Below are positions 25,040 through 34,155 of a DNA stretch of 64,000 nt, one piece after another. The translations under genes and the position numbers were made by a program. The stretch is from Eubacteriales bacterium (GTDB lineage: Bacteria; Bacillota; Clostridia; Oscillospirales; SIG627), in contig JAZREJ010000041.1 of the NCBI GenBank assembly GCA_045660745.1, positions 12,656 to 76,655 on the forward strand, in the 5' to 3' direction. Position 1 is the first letter of the stretch. The number at the start of each line of letters is the position of its first letter. The notes beneath the pieces are model-generated. The model saw nothing but the letters and a program-made list of their open reading frames with translations. It was not told the origin of the DNA and did no database searches.

Positions 25040-25384
25040 ATGTACAAAAAAATAGAGGAATTTAAAACACAAATAAAGTTAAATAATGAAGGCCGCGAAA
25101 AAATGTTTAAGACAAACCTTGCAGACTTTGATGCATGGGACCCGAGAGTCAGACTGTTTTCTCTCATACAGGTAAAGCCCGGCGAGGAAGTGGAATATCA
25201 CATGCACGTTGGTGAAAGCGAGACTTTCTTTATTCTTTCGGGAAAGGGCATCTATAATGATAACGGAAACAAGGTGGACGTTGTACCCGGTATGGTAACC
25301 TTAACCCCGTCCGGTCAAGGTCACTCAATCAAAAATACAGGTGATGAAATGCTTGTATTTATTGCGCTTATTGTAAAAGGGTAA
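25040..25384 (+). CDS. cupin domain protein
   Basis: 114 aa. Cupin motifs GEEVEYHMHVGESETFFILSG and TPSGQGHSIKN. Confidence 0.7.
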   Translation: MYKKIEEFKTQIKLNNEGREKMFKTNLADFDAWDPRVRLFSLIQVKPGEEVEYHMHVGESETFFILSGKGIYNDNGNKVDVVPGMVTLTPSGQGHSIKNTGDEMLVFIALIVKG

Positions 25385-25447
25385 AGGTATATCTTTATAT
25401 AAATTTGGTTCAATAGTGCTTTAACTGTATTTAAAGAGAGGTTTTAT

Positions 25448-26281
25448 ATGATATATTCCGACTGGCATATTCACAGTGAGTATTCTTACGATGCTAAAAA
25501 TACACTTGAAGAAATAGCTGAGGGCGCTGTAAAACAGGGACTTTGCAGAATTGGAATTACTGACCATGCAAATTATAACGATACAAAGTTTATCGGAGAT
25601 TTGAACAATTCCGCAAATGCCGTTAAAAAGGCACAGGAGAAATATCCTTTTATGGTGCTCGGTGTGGAGCTTACGCCTATCGAGAAGCCTGAATTCGAGC
25701 ATATACAAAATACGGGAACAAGAGAAGGATACATCCCACCCGAAAGTGATCAGCCGTATGAAATTGAACTCGCACAAACCAAAGAGCAGCTTATTGAACT
25801 TGGAGTCAGATACGCTATCGGTGCGTCGCATTGGCGGGTAGACGTCCCTAACGGCAAAAGCAAGCTTACGGATATGGATATCTGTATAAAAGAGTGGTAT
25901 CGTCAGCAGATGTGGCTTGCGTGTGATGAGAGAGTTACGATACTCGGACATCCTTGGTATAGCGGAAACGCATTGTGGTACGAGGATTTCTCGGTCATTC
26001 CGCACTCCATGAATATGGATATCGCATCGGCACTCAAGGAGAACGGCAAATACGTTGAGTGTAACAGTCATTTCTTTTGGAGCGGAAAGTCAAGCGAAAA
26101 ATTCAAGCGCCAATACTCTGAGTTTTTAAGAGAGCTTTTTGAAATGGGAATTCCCGTAACCTACGGCTCGGATTCTCATTTGAATTATTCGGACGGACGA
26201 GCACCGGTCGAAGGCTATCTTGAAAAGGCGGGATTCAAGGACGGAGATATATCCGAGATTTCCGAAGCGGATTTGTGGTAA
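25448..26281 (+). CDS. PHP (polymerase/histidinol-phosphatase) family metal-dependent phosphoesterase
   Basis: 277 aa. N-terminal DWHIHSEYSYDA and ITDHANY motifs. Confidence 0.7.
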   Translation: MIYSDWHIHSEYSYDAKNTLEEIAEGAVKQGLCRIGITDHANYNDTKFIGDLNNSANAVKKAQEKYPFMVLGVELTPIEKPEFEHIQNTGTREGYIPPESDQPYEIELAQTKEQLIELGVRYAIGASHWRVDVPNGKSKLTDMDICIKEWYRQQMWLACDERVTILGHPWYSGNALWYEDFSVIPHSMNMDIASALKENGKYVECNSHFFWSGKSSEKFKRQYSEFLRELFEMGIPVTYGSDSHLNYSDGRAPVEGYLEKAGFKDGDISEISEADLW

Positions 26282-26295
26282 AGAGGAATAAAGCT

Positions 26296-27243
26296 ATGAA
26301 AATATCAACATCTACAGGGGATTTTTCTCATTATGCTCCGACAATTGCAGAAAAGGTAAAGCAGTTTAAAGGATCGAGCTTTAAATATATAAATCTTGAG
26401 CAGACCGGTAACTTTCCTACGGAGTTATTTTATGATTCGGAAGCGGCTCTTGAGAGAGTTGCACAAGAATGGCACGAGGCGGCGGAATATGCAGGGGTAA
26501 AGTACGTTGTATCGCACTCGCCCGTTTTAAATCCATTTTATGATTTGTCAGAGGAGAATTACAACCGCTGTGTTCTTGCAATAAAGAACTCAATTAAGAT
26601 TTGCGGTATGCTTGGAATCGACAGAATCGTTGCCCATACAGGCTGGCACGAATCCTTTGACAGAAAAAAATATTTCAGCGAAAATAAAAGGTTTTACAGT
26701 GAGCTTTTTCCCGAAATGGAAAAGTACGGCGTAATGGTCATGACCGAAAACGTTCACGATTGGCAAGAGGATTTTCTTGTAACGGGTGCAGATCTCAGAG
26801 AGATGGTAGACTTTATCGGGCATCCGCTTTTTGCGGCTTGCTGGGATACTGCACATGCAAATCTTTCAAAAAGATCAATAACCGAAGGACAGTATAAGTG
26901 TATTACGGATATAGGAGACGCGCTCAAGGGGTTGCATATTTCGGATAACCTCGGTGATACAAATGCGCACCATCACTCCTGGCCGTTTGCGGGAATTATT
27001 AACTTTGACGAAGTTATTCAGGCGCTTCTTGATGTGAATTATGACGGATATTTCAATTTTGAAGCATCTTATACTTTGTTGCACTCTAAAAACCTTCCGC
27101 GTAACAGACAGAGCTTTATATATAACGGGAATGAGGTAACAAAGCTTTTGAACCCTTCGATAGAGCTAAAAAAGAAGGCGGTAAATCTTTTATACGATGT
27201 CGGTAAATATATGCTTGAAGCATACAATGTCTTTGAAGAATAA
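26296..27243 (+). CDS. sugar phosphate isomerase/epimerase (xylose isomerase-like TIM barrel)
   Basis: ORF track 26275..27243; start moved to ATG 26296 behind AAGAGGA. Family-like pattern VAHTGW..TEN..CWDTAHANL..HISDN. Confidence 0.7.
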   Translation: MKISTSTGDFSHYAPTIAEKVKQFKGSSFKYINLEQTGNFPTELFYDSEAALERVAQEWHEAAEYAGVKYVVSHSPVLNPFYDLSEENYNRCVLAIKNSIKICGMLGIDRIVAHTGWHESFDRKKYFSENKRFYSELFPEMEKYGVMVMTENVHDWQEDFLVTGADLREMVDFIGHPLFAACWDTAHANLSKRSITEGQYKCITDIGDALKGLHISDNLGDTNAHHHSWPFAGIINFDEVIQALLDVNYDGYFNFEASYTLLHSKNLPRNRQSFIYNGNEVTKLLNPSIELKKKAVNLLYDVGKYMLEAYNVFEE

Positions 27244-27262
27244 TTATTGGAGAAAAAATAAC

Positions 27263-28021
27263 ATGGAAATAATTGACTTTCACGTCCACCCATTTCTTGA
27301 TGCAGACAAGAATTTTTGCCATTATAGAGAAACGATGAAAATCGATGAGAACACCTTTTTATCGGATATGGACGATGCAGGCGTATCCGTGTTTTGCGGA
27401 AGTGTCGTTAAGCGATGCGAAGGCTTTGAGGGGCTGAAGGAGTGCAATAGAGAAGCGATAAAGCTTAAAGAAATTTACGGCAATCGTTATCAGCCGGGTT
27501 TTCACATTCATCCCGCCTTTGTTGACGAGTCGGTTGATGAAATTAAGCTTGCAAAAGAACGTGACATTCGTATAATAGGCGAGCTTGTACCTTACATGCA
27601 TGGTTGGAGTGACTATTCCTGTAAGAGTTTTTCGGATATACTTGACGAAATTGAAAAATACGGAATGGTCGTGAGCTTACATACCATCAATCTTCAACAA
27701 ATGTCAAAAATGGCGGAGGCACATAGAAACGTGAATTTCGTTTTTGCTCATCCCGGCGAAAAAGCTTCGGTATCAGAGCATATCGAAATAATGAAAAGGC
27801 TTGACAACGTATATCTTGATTTGTCGGGGACAGGTCTTTTCCGATATGGACTTGTGCGCTATCTTGTAGACTCTGTTGGCGTCGAAAGAATATTGTTCGG
27901 CACCGATTATCCGATATGTAATTTGCCAATGTACATAGGAGCCGTTCTAGGAGAGAAGCTTTCAGATAGGGAAAGGGAGCTTATATTCAGCGGCAATGCA
28001 AAACGCTTACTCGGTTTGTAA
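27263..28021 (+). CDS. amidohydrolase-2 family metal-dependent hydrolase (TIM barrel)
   Basis: ORF track 27197..28021; start moved to ATG 27263 (MEIIDFHVHPF). Motifs FAHPG..LFGTDYP. Confidence 0.7.
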   Translation: MEIIDFHVHPFLDADKNFCHYRETMKIDENTFLSDMDDAGVSVFCGSVVKRCEGFEGLKECNREAIKLKEIYGNRYQPGFHIHPAFVDESVDEIKLAKERDIRIIGELVPYMHGWSDYSCKSFSDILDEIEKYGMVVSLHTINLQQMSKMAEAHRNVNFVFAHPGEKASVSEHIEIMKRLDNVYLDLSGTGLFRYGLVRYLVDSVGVERILFGTDYPICNLPMYIGAVLGEKLSDRERELIFSGNAKRLLGL

Positions 28022-28091
28022 AATTACAGATTGTTCAAAGCAGTGTAAACGGTGACGCTTAGAGCGCTCGTTAATCTTATATTACATATTT

Positions 28092-28136
28092 TCGGCTGTA
28101 GCAAATTGACTTGATTTGCTATAGCCGATTTTTTTT
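28092..28136 (+). terminator. rho-independent terminator ending the 22985-28021 operon
   Basis: TCGGCTGTAGCAAA (28092-28105) / TTTGCTATAGCCGA (28115-28128), one mismatch, then T8. Confidence 0.85.
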
Positions 28137-28144
28137 GAAAGTTC

Positions 28145-28199
28145 TTGACAAATCCATTCTAATGTGTTAGAATGACGGTGTAATCTAACGCATTAGAAT
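28145..28199 (+). promoter_or_regulatory. blaI-like promoter with two operator dyads
   Basis: TTGACA 28145-28150, 17 nt, TAGAAT 28168-28173. Dyad 1 ATTCTAA-TGTG-TTAGAAT (28156-28173) overlaps the -10. Dyad 2 ATCTAA-CGCA-TTAGAAT (28183-28199). Confidence 0.65.
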
Positions 28200-28211
28200 G
28201 GAGGAGCAAAA

Positions 28212-28580
28212 ATGGATACGCCAAAGATATTTGAAAGTGAGTATAGGTTTTGTCTTATACTGTGGGAGAATGAGCCTATAAAAAGTCCCGAGCTTGCGCG
28301 CATTTGCGCTGAAAAGCTTGGTTGGAAGAGCTCGACTACTTACACTGTAATAAAGAGATTATCGGAGCGCGGAGTTCTCAAAAACGAGCATATGATAGTC
28401 AGCTCTCTCGTGTCTAAGGATGAAGCACAGATATCCGAGATAGACGAGCTTGTAGAGAAAAGATTCGAAGGCTCACTTCCCGCATTTGTTGCCGCATTTA
28501 CAAAAAGACGTGATATAACGGATGCTGAAATAGACGAATTACAGAAGCTTATTGACAATGCGAGGGGAGGGGCTAAATGA
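28212..28580 (+). CDS. BlaI/MecI/CopY family transcriptional repressor
   Basis: 122 aa winged-helix repressor of typical size. ATGA stop/start overlap with the downstream M56 gene. Confidence 0.85.
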   Translation: MDTPKIFESEYRFCLILWENEPIKSPELARICAEKLGWKSSTTYTVIKRLSERGVLKNEHMIVSSLVSKDEAQISEIDELVEKRFEGSLPAFVAAFTKRRDITDAEIDELQKLIDNARGGAK

Positions 28581-31213
28581 ACGGTATTTTCACAAATCTT
28601 GTCAACATGAGTATTTCAGCAAGTATCCTCGCGGGTATCGTACTGATACTCAGATTTGTATTGAAGAGTGCACCGAGATGGATATTTGTTTTGCTTTGGG
28701 GAATCGTTGCAATTCGCCTTGTGTGTCCCGTGACGCTTGAAAGCAATGCAAGTCTTATGCCTGCAACGGAATGGGTAAGCGTGAATGCGGTTACAGGCCC
28801 TGTTGTAACACCGATTGCTTCGCAGACGGATACCTCGGTTCCGAGTATTCCCACACATCCCGATATACAGGCTCCGGAATATACAGCAACAGGTCACGAA
28901 CCGTTTGTGGAAGAAGAGCCTGTAACCAAGACGAGCGTTTTGCCGTATATATGGCTTGCGGGTATTGCGGTAATGCTTGTATACGCTGTCGTAAGCTTTG
29001 TAAGACTTTACAGACGGGTTTCCGACGGAGTAAAGCTTCGCGACAGAGTATATCAAAGCGAAAAAACAGCGTCTCCCTTCGTGCTCGGCTTTTTCAAACC
29101 AAGAATATTTATTCCGTATTCACTAAAAGCCGAAAGCACCGAATACGTTATAGCGCACGAGATGGCGCATATTCGCCGTCATGACCATTGGTGGAAGCCG
29201 CTAGGATACCTTTTGCTTTCTTTACATTGGTTTAATCCTGTAATGTGGGTGGCGTACGTTCTTCTTTGCCGAGATATTGAGTCGGCGTGTGACGAAAAGG
29301 TGGTGCGGGATATGAGTATTCCCGAGCGTGCCGATTATTCCGAGGCGCTTCTTGGATGCAGTGTAAAAGCTCGCGGTGTTTCTGCTTGTCCTCTTGCGTT
29401 CGGCGAGACGGGTGTCAAAAGCCGAATAAAATCCGTGTTGAGCTACAAAAAGCCAGCTTTCTGGGTAATAATTATATCGCTTCTTTTGTGTGTAGGACTT
29501 GTGGTGTTCTTTTTGACAAGCCCAGAAGGAAATAAGGATATCGCTAAAAATACGGAGCTCGGGGAAATAACGCTTATTGACAGGATCGTCTCGCGTGAAG
29601 GGTATTGTGTTATCGAACAGCGATTTACCGACATTTCGCTCGGAATACACACCGCCCGTATCATGCCCGCCGTGACAGAGGGAGTTGAATACGAATTTCT
29701 TCCCGAACAAAGACCGGCATATCTTGCAGATGGTACACAGATATATTTGAAGCGAGTGTCTCAGGTGAAGGGTGATGACACAAAGCTTATTCTGACGTTT
29801 GATTTTGAACATTCGCTTGACGAAAACGGAGGAAGCTTTCTTTCTCCTTGGACGCTTACCGATAACGATACCTACCTCACGGTCTTTAACGTTGCTAACA
29901 GAAAGCTTTACGGAGTTCCGAACGACTATGACAACGCGGTGCTTACAGCGGGTCAGGGTCCCGACTTTGAAATATCCGTATACGTTTTGAAGGAGGCATT
30001 GCGTCACACGGGGGACGATGCCGTCGTCGTTGTGACCCTGAATCAGTTGACCTACCTCAAGGATTATGAAAGAAGGACTCTTTCAGAGGATGAGCTTATA
30101 GAGGATGCGCGCCTTGTTGCATCGGTTACTCACTACGAGCTTGAGGAGGGGAGTGTCAGACTGCACACAGGCAACACGTTTGAGGCTCAGTTTGATTCCG
30201 CCGACGGTATTCATACGGTAGGAGTAAAATACTCTAAAAAAGGAAATGGCTGGATGCTTGATGAAACGCCTGTGAACGTGTATATAAAAGGCACTGATTA
30301 CTCAGCAATTTCCCGAAAATTTCCGACTGTAAGCAGTTGGGCTGTAAGCTATGCCTCCGAAATAGGTGACAGAATTTCCGAGGAGCAGTGGGCTCTGTAT
30401 AACGGTAGCCGTTCAGCGACTATAACCGAGCTTAAGAAGCTTTCGACGAGCTCTCAAGAAAAAGATGAGGGAGTCGAGCTTTATTATATGACCTATTGGA
30501 TAGGCAAGGGTATCAACGGACCGGGATGGACAGATGAGTATAAGATGTTTTCACGGTATTTTGCACTTCACGTTGGAAGAGGCGAGGGTGACGGTTATGC
30601 TGCGATCAACCTTGGTGATATAAGTGTCGAGGAATTTAATAACACCTACAATACCGAAGCCATGATATCCCGCTACGGAAGTGCATATACTGCGGCGGCA
30701 ATGGAGCTATATCAAAACTATCTTTACAGCGGCAAGTCGGGTGTGTCTGCAACTCAGTCAATGGAGGATAAAATTCTTGATGCCTATAACATGGCAACCG
30801 AGGTGGCAAGCTGGTTCAGGATAGAGAGTATGTCTACAAATTGGAACGACTATGTTGATATCGGTGATAAAAGATATTATAAGACCGTACAATTTGAGAC
30901 CCGACGTGATTTGCGTGACTATCTGGAATCTTACTTTTCTGTGAGCGTTGTCGATGAACTATTGTCAAATGATATGTATATCGACTATAATGGAAAGCTT
31001 TACTCGACCGGCGGTGCGCGAGGAGCAGACCTTTTCAAAGGGCGCGAAAGCTATTTGATAACCCGTGTAAATGATACGAAATACTTGCTCAATGTTATTG
31101 TTGAGATATACGGCAACGATGCCGAAACTGTTGAAGATTACGAAGAGTTTATCTTCACCTATGAGAATGTTTCGGGGAGAGGGGTATTTACTTCATTTCC
31201 AAGCATAAGATAA
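28577..31213 (+). CDS. BlaR1/MecR1-like M56 peptidase signal transducer with a large non-canonical extracytoplasmic domain
   Basis: 878 aa. N-terminal TM segments and zinc motif HEMAHIRRHDHWWK, a further TM near aa 305-325, then about 550 aa without a recognisable penicillin-binding (class D) sensor. Confidence 0.8.
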   Translation: MNGIFTNLVNMSISASILAGIVLILRFVLKSAPRWIFVLLWGIVAIRLVCPVTLESNASLMPATEWVSVNAVTGPVVTPIASQTDTSVPSIPTHPDIQAPEYTATGHEPFVEEEPVTKTSVLPYIWLAGIAVMLVYAVVSFVRLYRRVSDGVKLRDRVYQSEKTASPFVLGFFKPRIFIPYSLKAESTEYVIAHEMAHIRRHDHWWKPLGYLLLSLHWFNPVMWVAYVLLCRDIESACDEKVVRDMSIPERADYSEALLGCSVKARGVSACPLAFGETGVKSRIKSVLSYKKPAFWVIIISLLLCVGLVVFFLTSPEGNKDIAKNTELGEITLIDRIVSREGYCVIEQRFTDISLGIHTARIMPAVTEGVEYEFLPEQRPAYLADGTQIYLKRVSQVKGDDTKLILTFDFEHSLDENGGSFLSPWTLTDNDTYLTVFNVANRKLYGVPNDYDNAVLTAGQGPDFEISVYVLKEALRHTGDDAVVVVTLNQLTYLKDYERRTLSEDELIEDARLVASVTHYELEEGSVRLHTGNTFEAQFDSADGIHTVGVKYSKKGNGWMLDETPVNVYIKGTDYSAISRKFPTVSSWAVSYASEIGDRISEEQWALYNGSRSATITELKKLSTSSQEKDEGVELYYMTYWIGKGINGPGWTDEYKMFSRYFALHVGRGEGDGYAAINLGDISVEEFNNTYNTEAMISRYGSAYTAAAMELYQNYLYSGKSGVSATQSMEDKILDAYNMATEVASWFRIESMSTNWNDYVDIGDKRYYKTVQFETRRDLRDYLESYFSVSVVDELLSNDMYIDYNGKLYSTGGARGADLFKGRESYLITRVNDTKYLLNVIVEIYGNDAETVEDYEEFIFTYENVSGRGVFTSFPSIR

Positions 31214-31219
31214 CAAAAA

Positions 31220-31249
31220 CAGGGTAGGACGTTTTAACGTCCTACCCTG
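31220..31249. terminator. bidirectional terminator hairpin between convergent genes
   Basis: CAGGGTAGGACGT (31220-31232) / ACGTCCTACCCTG (31237-31249). The T-run is on the minus-strand side (plus AAAAAC at 31215-31220). Confidence 0.7.
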
Positions 31250-31313
31250 CAAATGCTTTATTCTTCATCTAATAAACAGTTATAATAACAAGTAAAAACA
31301 AAATATTATTCTT

Positions 31314-31847
31314 TTAATTTGAGAACCAATTTATTGAACTGACAGAATTGACCGAACCGTCGTTCCATAATTTGATAACAGCTTGTTGCAGCTTATCCAT
31401 TCTTTGCGAATAGGCGCTTGCATTTAAGCCGGTCTCTGTTTTTTTCTGATTAAACGAGTGCGAGAACTCATCAAACCAGTAGATCATATCTGTGTTAACA
31501 ATGCAAAGAACGTTGTCTTCGTTGAACGCAAAGTATCCCGCGATGTTTGAATCAATTGTTATTCTCTTTTCTGAAGTTAATGTAAGATTATCTTTGCCGA
31601 AATCGCATATGACCAAAACCGAAGATTCTCTTCCAAAAATTGCCCGGGTGCACTTTTGTGCCTCTGTTACACTGTATCTGTCGGGTATTTTTATTTTTAA
31701 ATCTGCCCCGGTGCTCGTTGGAATCTCCGTCGGACTTTGCTTGTCGGGTGTTTTTGTTTTTACTACGGCAAAGCAAATAACTAACACTGACAGAACAACG
31801 AACAAAGAAACAGCTATTATCGTTATCCTTTTTCCAAAAATATACAC
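31314..31847 (-). CDS. hypothetical membrane-anchored protein
   Basis: 177 aa, GTG start. One N-terminal TM helix (IIAVSLFVVLSVLVICFAVV), then a Pro/Thr-rich linker and a globular domain. Confidence 0.5.
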   Translation of the reverse strand: MYIFGKRITIIAVSLFVVLSVLVICFAVVKTKTPDKQSPTEIPTSTGADLKIKIPDRYSVTEAQKCTRAIFGRESSVLVICDFGKDNLTLTSEKRITIDSNIAGYFAFNEDNVLCIVNTDMIYWFDEFSHSFNQKKTETGLNASAYSQRMDKLQQAVIKLWNDGSVNSVSSINWFSN

Positions 31848-31851
31848 AACA

Positions 31852-31896
31852 TCCTTTCTGCAAACATTTCAAAATGACTTTTTGCCCTTTTTCACC
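31852..31896 (-). promoter_or_regulatory. conserved intercistronic element, copy A
   Basis: Minus strand reads GGTGAAAAAGGGCAAAAAGTCATTTTGAAATGTTTGCAGAAAGGA. The 39-nt core is 35/39 identical to copy B (36883-36921). It ends 4 nt before the GTG start at 31847. Confidence 0.6.
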
Positions 31897-33529
31897 TGTA
31901 CCTCTCCCTGTACCTCTCAACTATCAAGAGTTCTTCTTCCGAATAGTACTCATCTTCGGTAATGGCGTCAAGTCCGTGATCATTTAAAAAGGAAAGATAA
32001 TTTTCATACTGTGTGATGAGCGCAAGAGCTATTTCCTTTTCACCGACAGTATAGGTCATATCTCCGCTTTCCTTGTCTATCCTGTATTTGGTCATTTCGC
32101 CATCCAAAAAAAGGGGTGCGGAAAAATTATCATAAAGTAATCTTTCGAGAGAACCATCCAAATTCGGAAATAGGCTTCTATAGGATGTCATATTAAAGAA
32201 CTGGATGTGAGATGGCGCCTCGTTATCTTCGATAATATAACGGCTTGTTATATTTTCGTATTCTGCATCATCAATATGCACACGTATCTTATCAGATACA
32301 AGGTAGAAAGCACGAGGATAGGGAGCGTTTTTCACCTGCTCTATAGAATACGCGTCAAAATCCGCGTTCATTTCCTCCATGGCAAAGGCTATGGGCACAC
32401 AGAAAGAGGCAAGCTCGGGGGTATCTATTTTTTTGATATACTCAAGAAGAGTGTCAAACGTTATACCGTTCTTTTTATAGTCGGAGGCGGTATGGACTGC
32501 AAGCCAGTCGGGGGTGAAGATTTTTCCGTTCGCTGTCAGCGCCCACGGACTCACGAATGCCCTGTTAAGAGCCACCTCGTCGCCCGAATAAAGAGCTTCT
32601 ATCTGCTCGTCGGTGAAAACACTTCCGTTTTCGGCATTTGCCTTGATAAAAACACTTTTCGGAATGTTCATTTCCTTTACCGCCGAAAGAACGGTAAGCT
32701 CCCACAGAGAGCGCTCTTTTTCGTAAAACGGCCGAAGGAAGCTTTTGAGAGTGTCCTTTTCCACAAGGTCTGCCACAAAGGCTTCTATTCCGTAAAAATC
32801 AGTGACGTATTTTGTGCAGTATTGTGCATATTCTGAAATATATACGTCCCTTCCGCTGTTGTTAAAGTTCCACGGCCAGGAAAGCACGCCCGTTTTTTCT
32901 ATCGCTTTATTATAAGAATTAGCTGTAGTTTCCTTCCAAGGATCCCATTGACTGTCATTATAGTTCTTTCTTTCGTTCAGCCAAAGGATAAGGTCGTTTA
33001 CATCGATTCCTTCCTCAAATTCTAAAACGGAAAATCCGTTTTCTTTTGAAGTGACAGACTCGTAATTCAAATATTGCAATGGCTGAAGCGTCTCTGTGTT
33101 CTTTAGAATATCTGCATCAAATTGAGCCCTGCCTCCAACAAACCTTATGTATTCTGCCCCCTTCTCGGAATAAGAGGGACAGTAATAGCAAAAGTCTTCG
33201 ATAGAGTTTATCCGAGTCAGTATAATATCTTCTTGACAAATATCTTGGAGATTTACAGTAGGGATAAACACTTCTTTTAAGTAAGATGGCTTGTGATCGT
33301 TTGCAAAGGTTGATGTGAGGTGATCGTACAACACTCGGCAGTTGACCTTCGTGTATTCGTCTTCTTTTTTATTTCCCAAGGAAATCGTTTCGTCGGTAAA
33401 GGCATCTATTTCGAGTAATACGTAAGATCTGAGCACTCTGCGCTTTTGTACCTTTTCCGGCAATTCATCAGCATATACCAGAGTCGAAAGAGTGATGAAA
33501 ACAAGTATACATATTATAAGCTTTTTCAT
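31892..33529 (-). CDS. hypothetical secreted protein
   Basis: 545 aa. Signal peptide MKKLIICILVFITLSTLVYA; RBS GGGGGAG. No family recognised. Confidence 0.6.
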   Translation of the reverse strand: MKKLIICILVFITLSTLVYADELPEKVQKRRVLRSYVLLEIDAFTDETISLGNKKEDEYTKVNCRVLYDHLTSTFANDHKPSYLKEVFIPTVNLQDICQEDIILTRINSIEDFCYYCPSYSEKGAEYIRFVGGRAQFDADILKNTETLQPLQYLNYESVTSKENGFSVLEFEEGIDVNDLILWLNERKNYNDSQWDPWKETTANSYNKAIEKTGVLSWPWNFNNSGRDVYISEYAQYCTKYVTDFYGIEAFVADLVEKDTLKSFLRPFYEKERSLWELTVLSAVKEMNIPKSVFIKANAENGSVFTDEQIEALYSGDEVALNRAFVSPWALTANGKIFTPDWLAVHTASDYKKNGITFDTLLEYIKKIDTPELASFCVPIAFAMEEMNADFDAYSIEQVKNAPYPRAFYLVSDKIRVHIDDAEYENITSRYIIEDNEAPSHIQFFNMTSYRSLFPNLDGSLERLLYDNFSAPLFLDGEMTKYRIDKESGDMTYTVGEKEIALALITQYENYLSFLNDHGLDAITEDEYYSEEELLIVERYRERYR

Positions 33530-33533
33530 AATA

Positions 33534-34088
33534 TCACTCCCCCCCTAACTGTTCAAAAAGCTCTTTGCAAAGAGCGTGATATGCTTCGTATTGCGAAATA
33601 AGAGCGGAAGCAGTCTCATCTGAGTGCAGTTCTTTGTCGGGGACAGAGGTGTTGTCGGCTCTCGTCGACAAGGCAACAGTATAAGTGCTCGTGCCGTATG
33701 GAACAAAAACACTTGTTTCTTCTGCTCTGTAACCCTCGGGAAGGGTACTTTCGTCTATTGTAAAAGCAAAGAACTCACTCGGTCTTTCAAACGCGACAGA
33801 TCCGTTCTCAGTTTTTTTGTTGAACACCAATTCCTTTTGGTAACTCATTTGATGTTCAAGTGAGTGTATCGGAACGTATTTGTAAACGTTTATTTGAATA
33901 CCAGAAAGATCGACCTTTTCATCATCGCACGTGAGGACCAACGAGAAATCTCCGATTTCATCCGACAAAGTGATATCCGTGTCGGATACGGGTTTTTCGG
34001 TGCCCTCGGCGGGAGGGCTTTTTTTCGCACATCCCGCCATTAGCAAAAGCACAAGAGTGAGTAATAGACAGATATTATGTTTTTTCAT
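33534..34088 (-). CDS. hypothetical lipoprotein
   Basis: ORF track 33534..34148; start moved to ATG 34088 (MKKHNICLLLTLVLLLMAGC, lipobox MAGC). Confidence 0.6.
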   Translation of the reverse strand: MKKHNICLLLTLVLLLMAGCAKKSPPAEGTEKPVSDTDITLSDEIGDFSLVLTCDDEKVDLSGIQINVYKYVPIHSLEHQMSYQKELVFNKKTENGSVAFERPSEFFAFTIDESTLPEGYRAEETSVFVPYGTSTYTVALSTRADNTSVPDKELHSDETASALISQYEAYHALCKELFEQLGGE

Positions 34089-34155
34089 ATATAACCCCAT
34101 GTTCAAGAACTGATAATTACATACTGCAAAGTTTGATAGTTTTTTCATATATACG

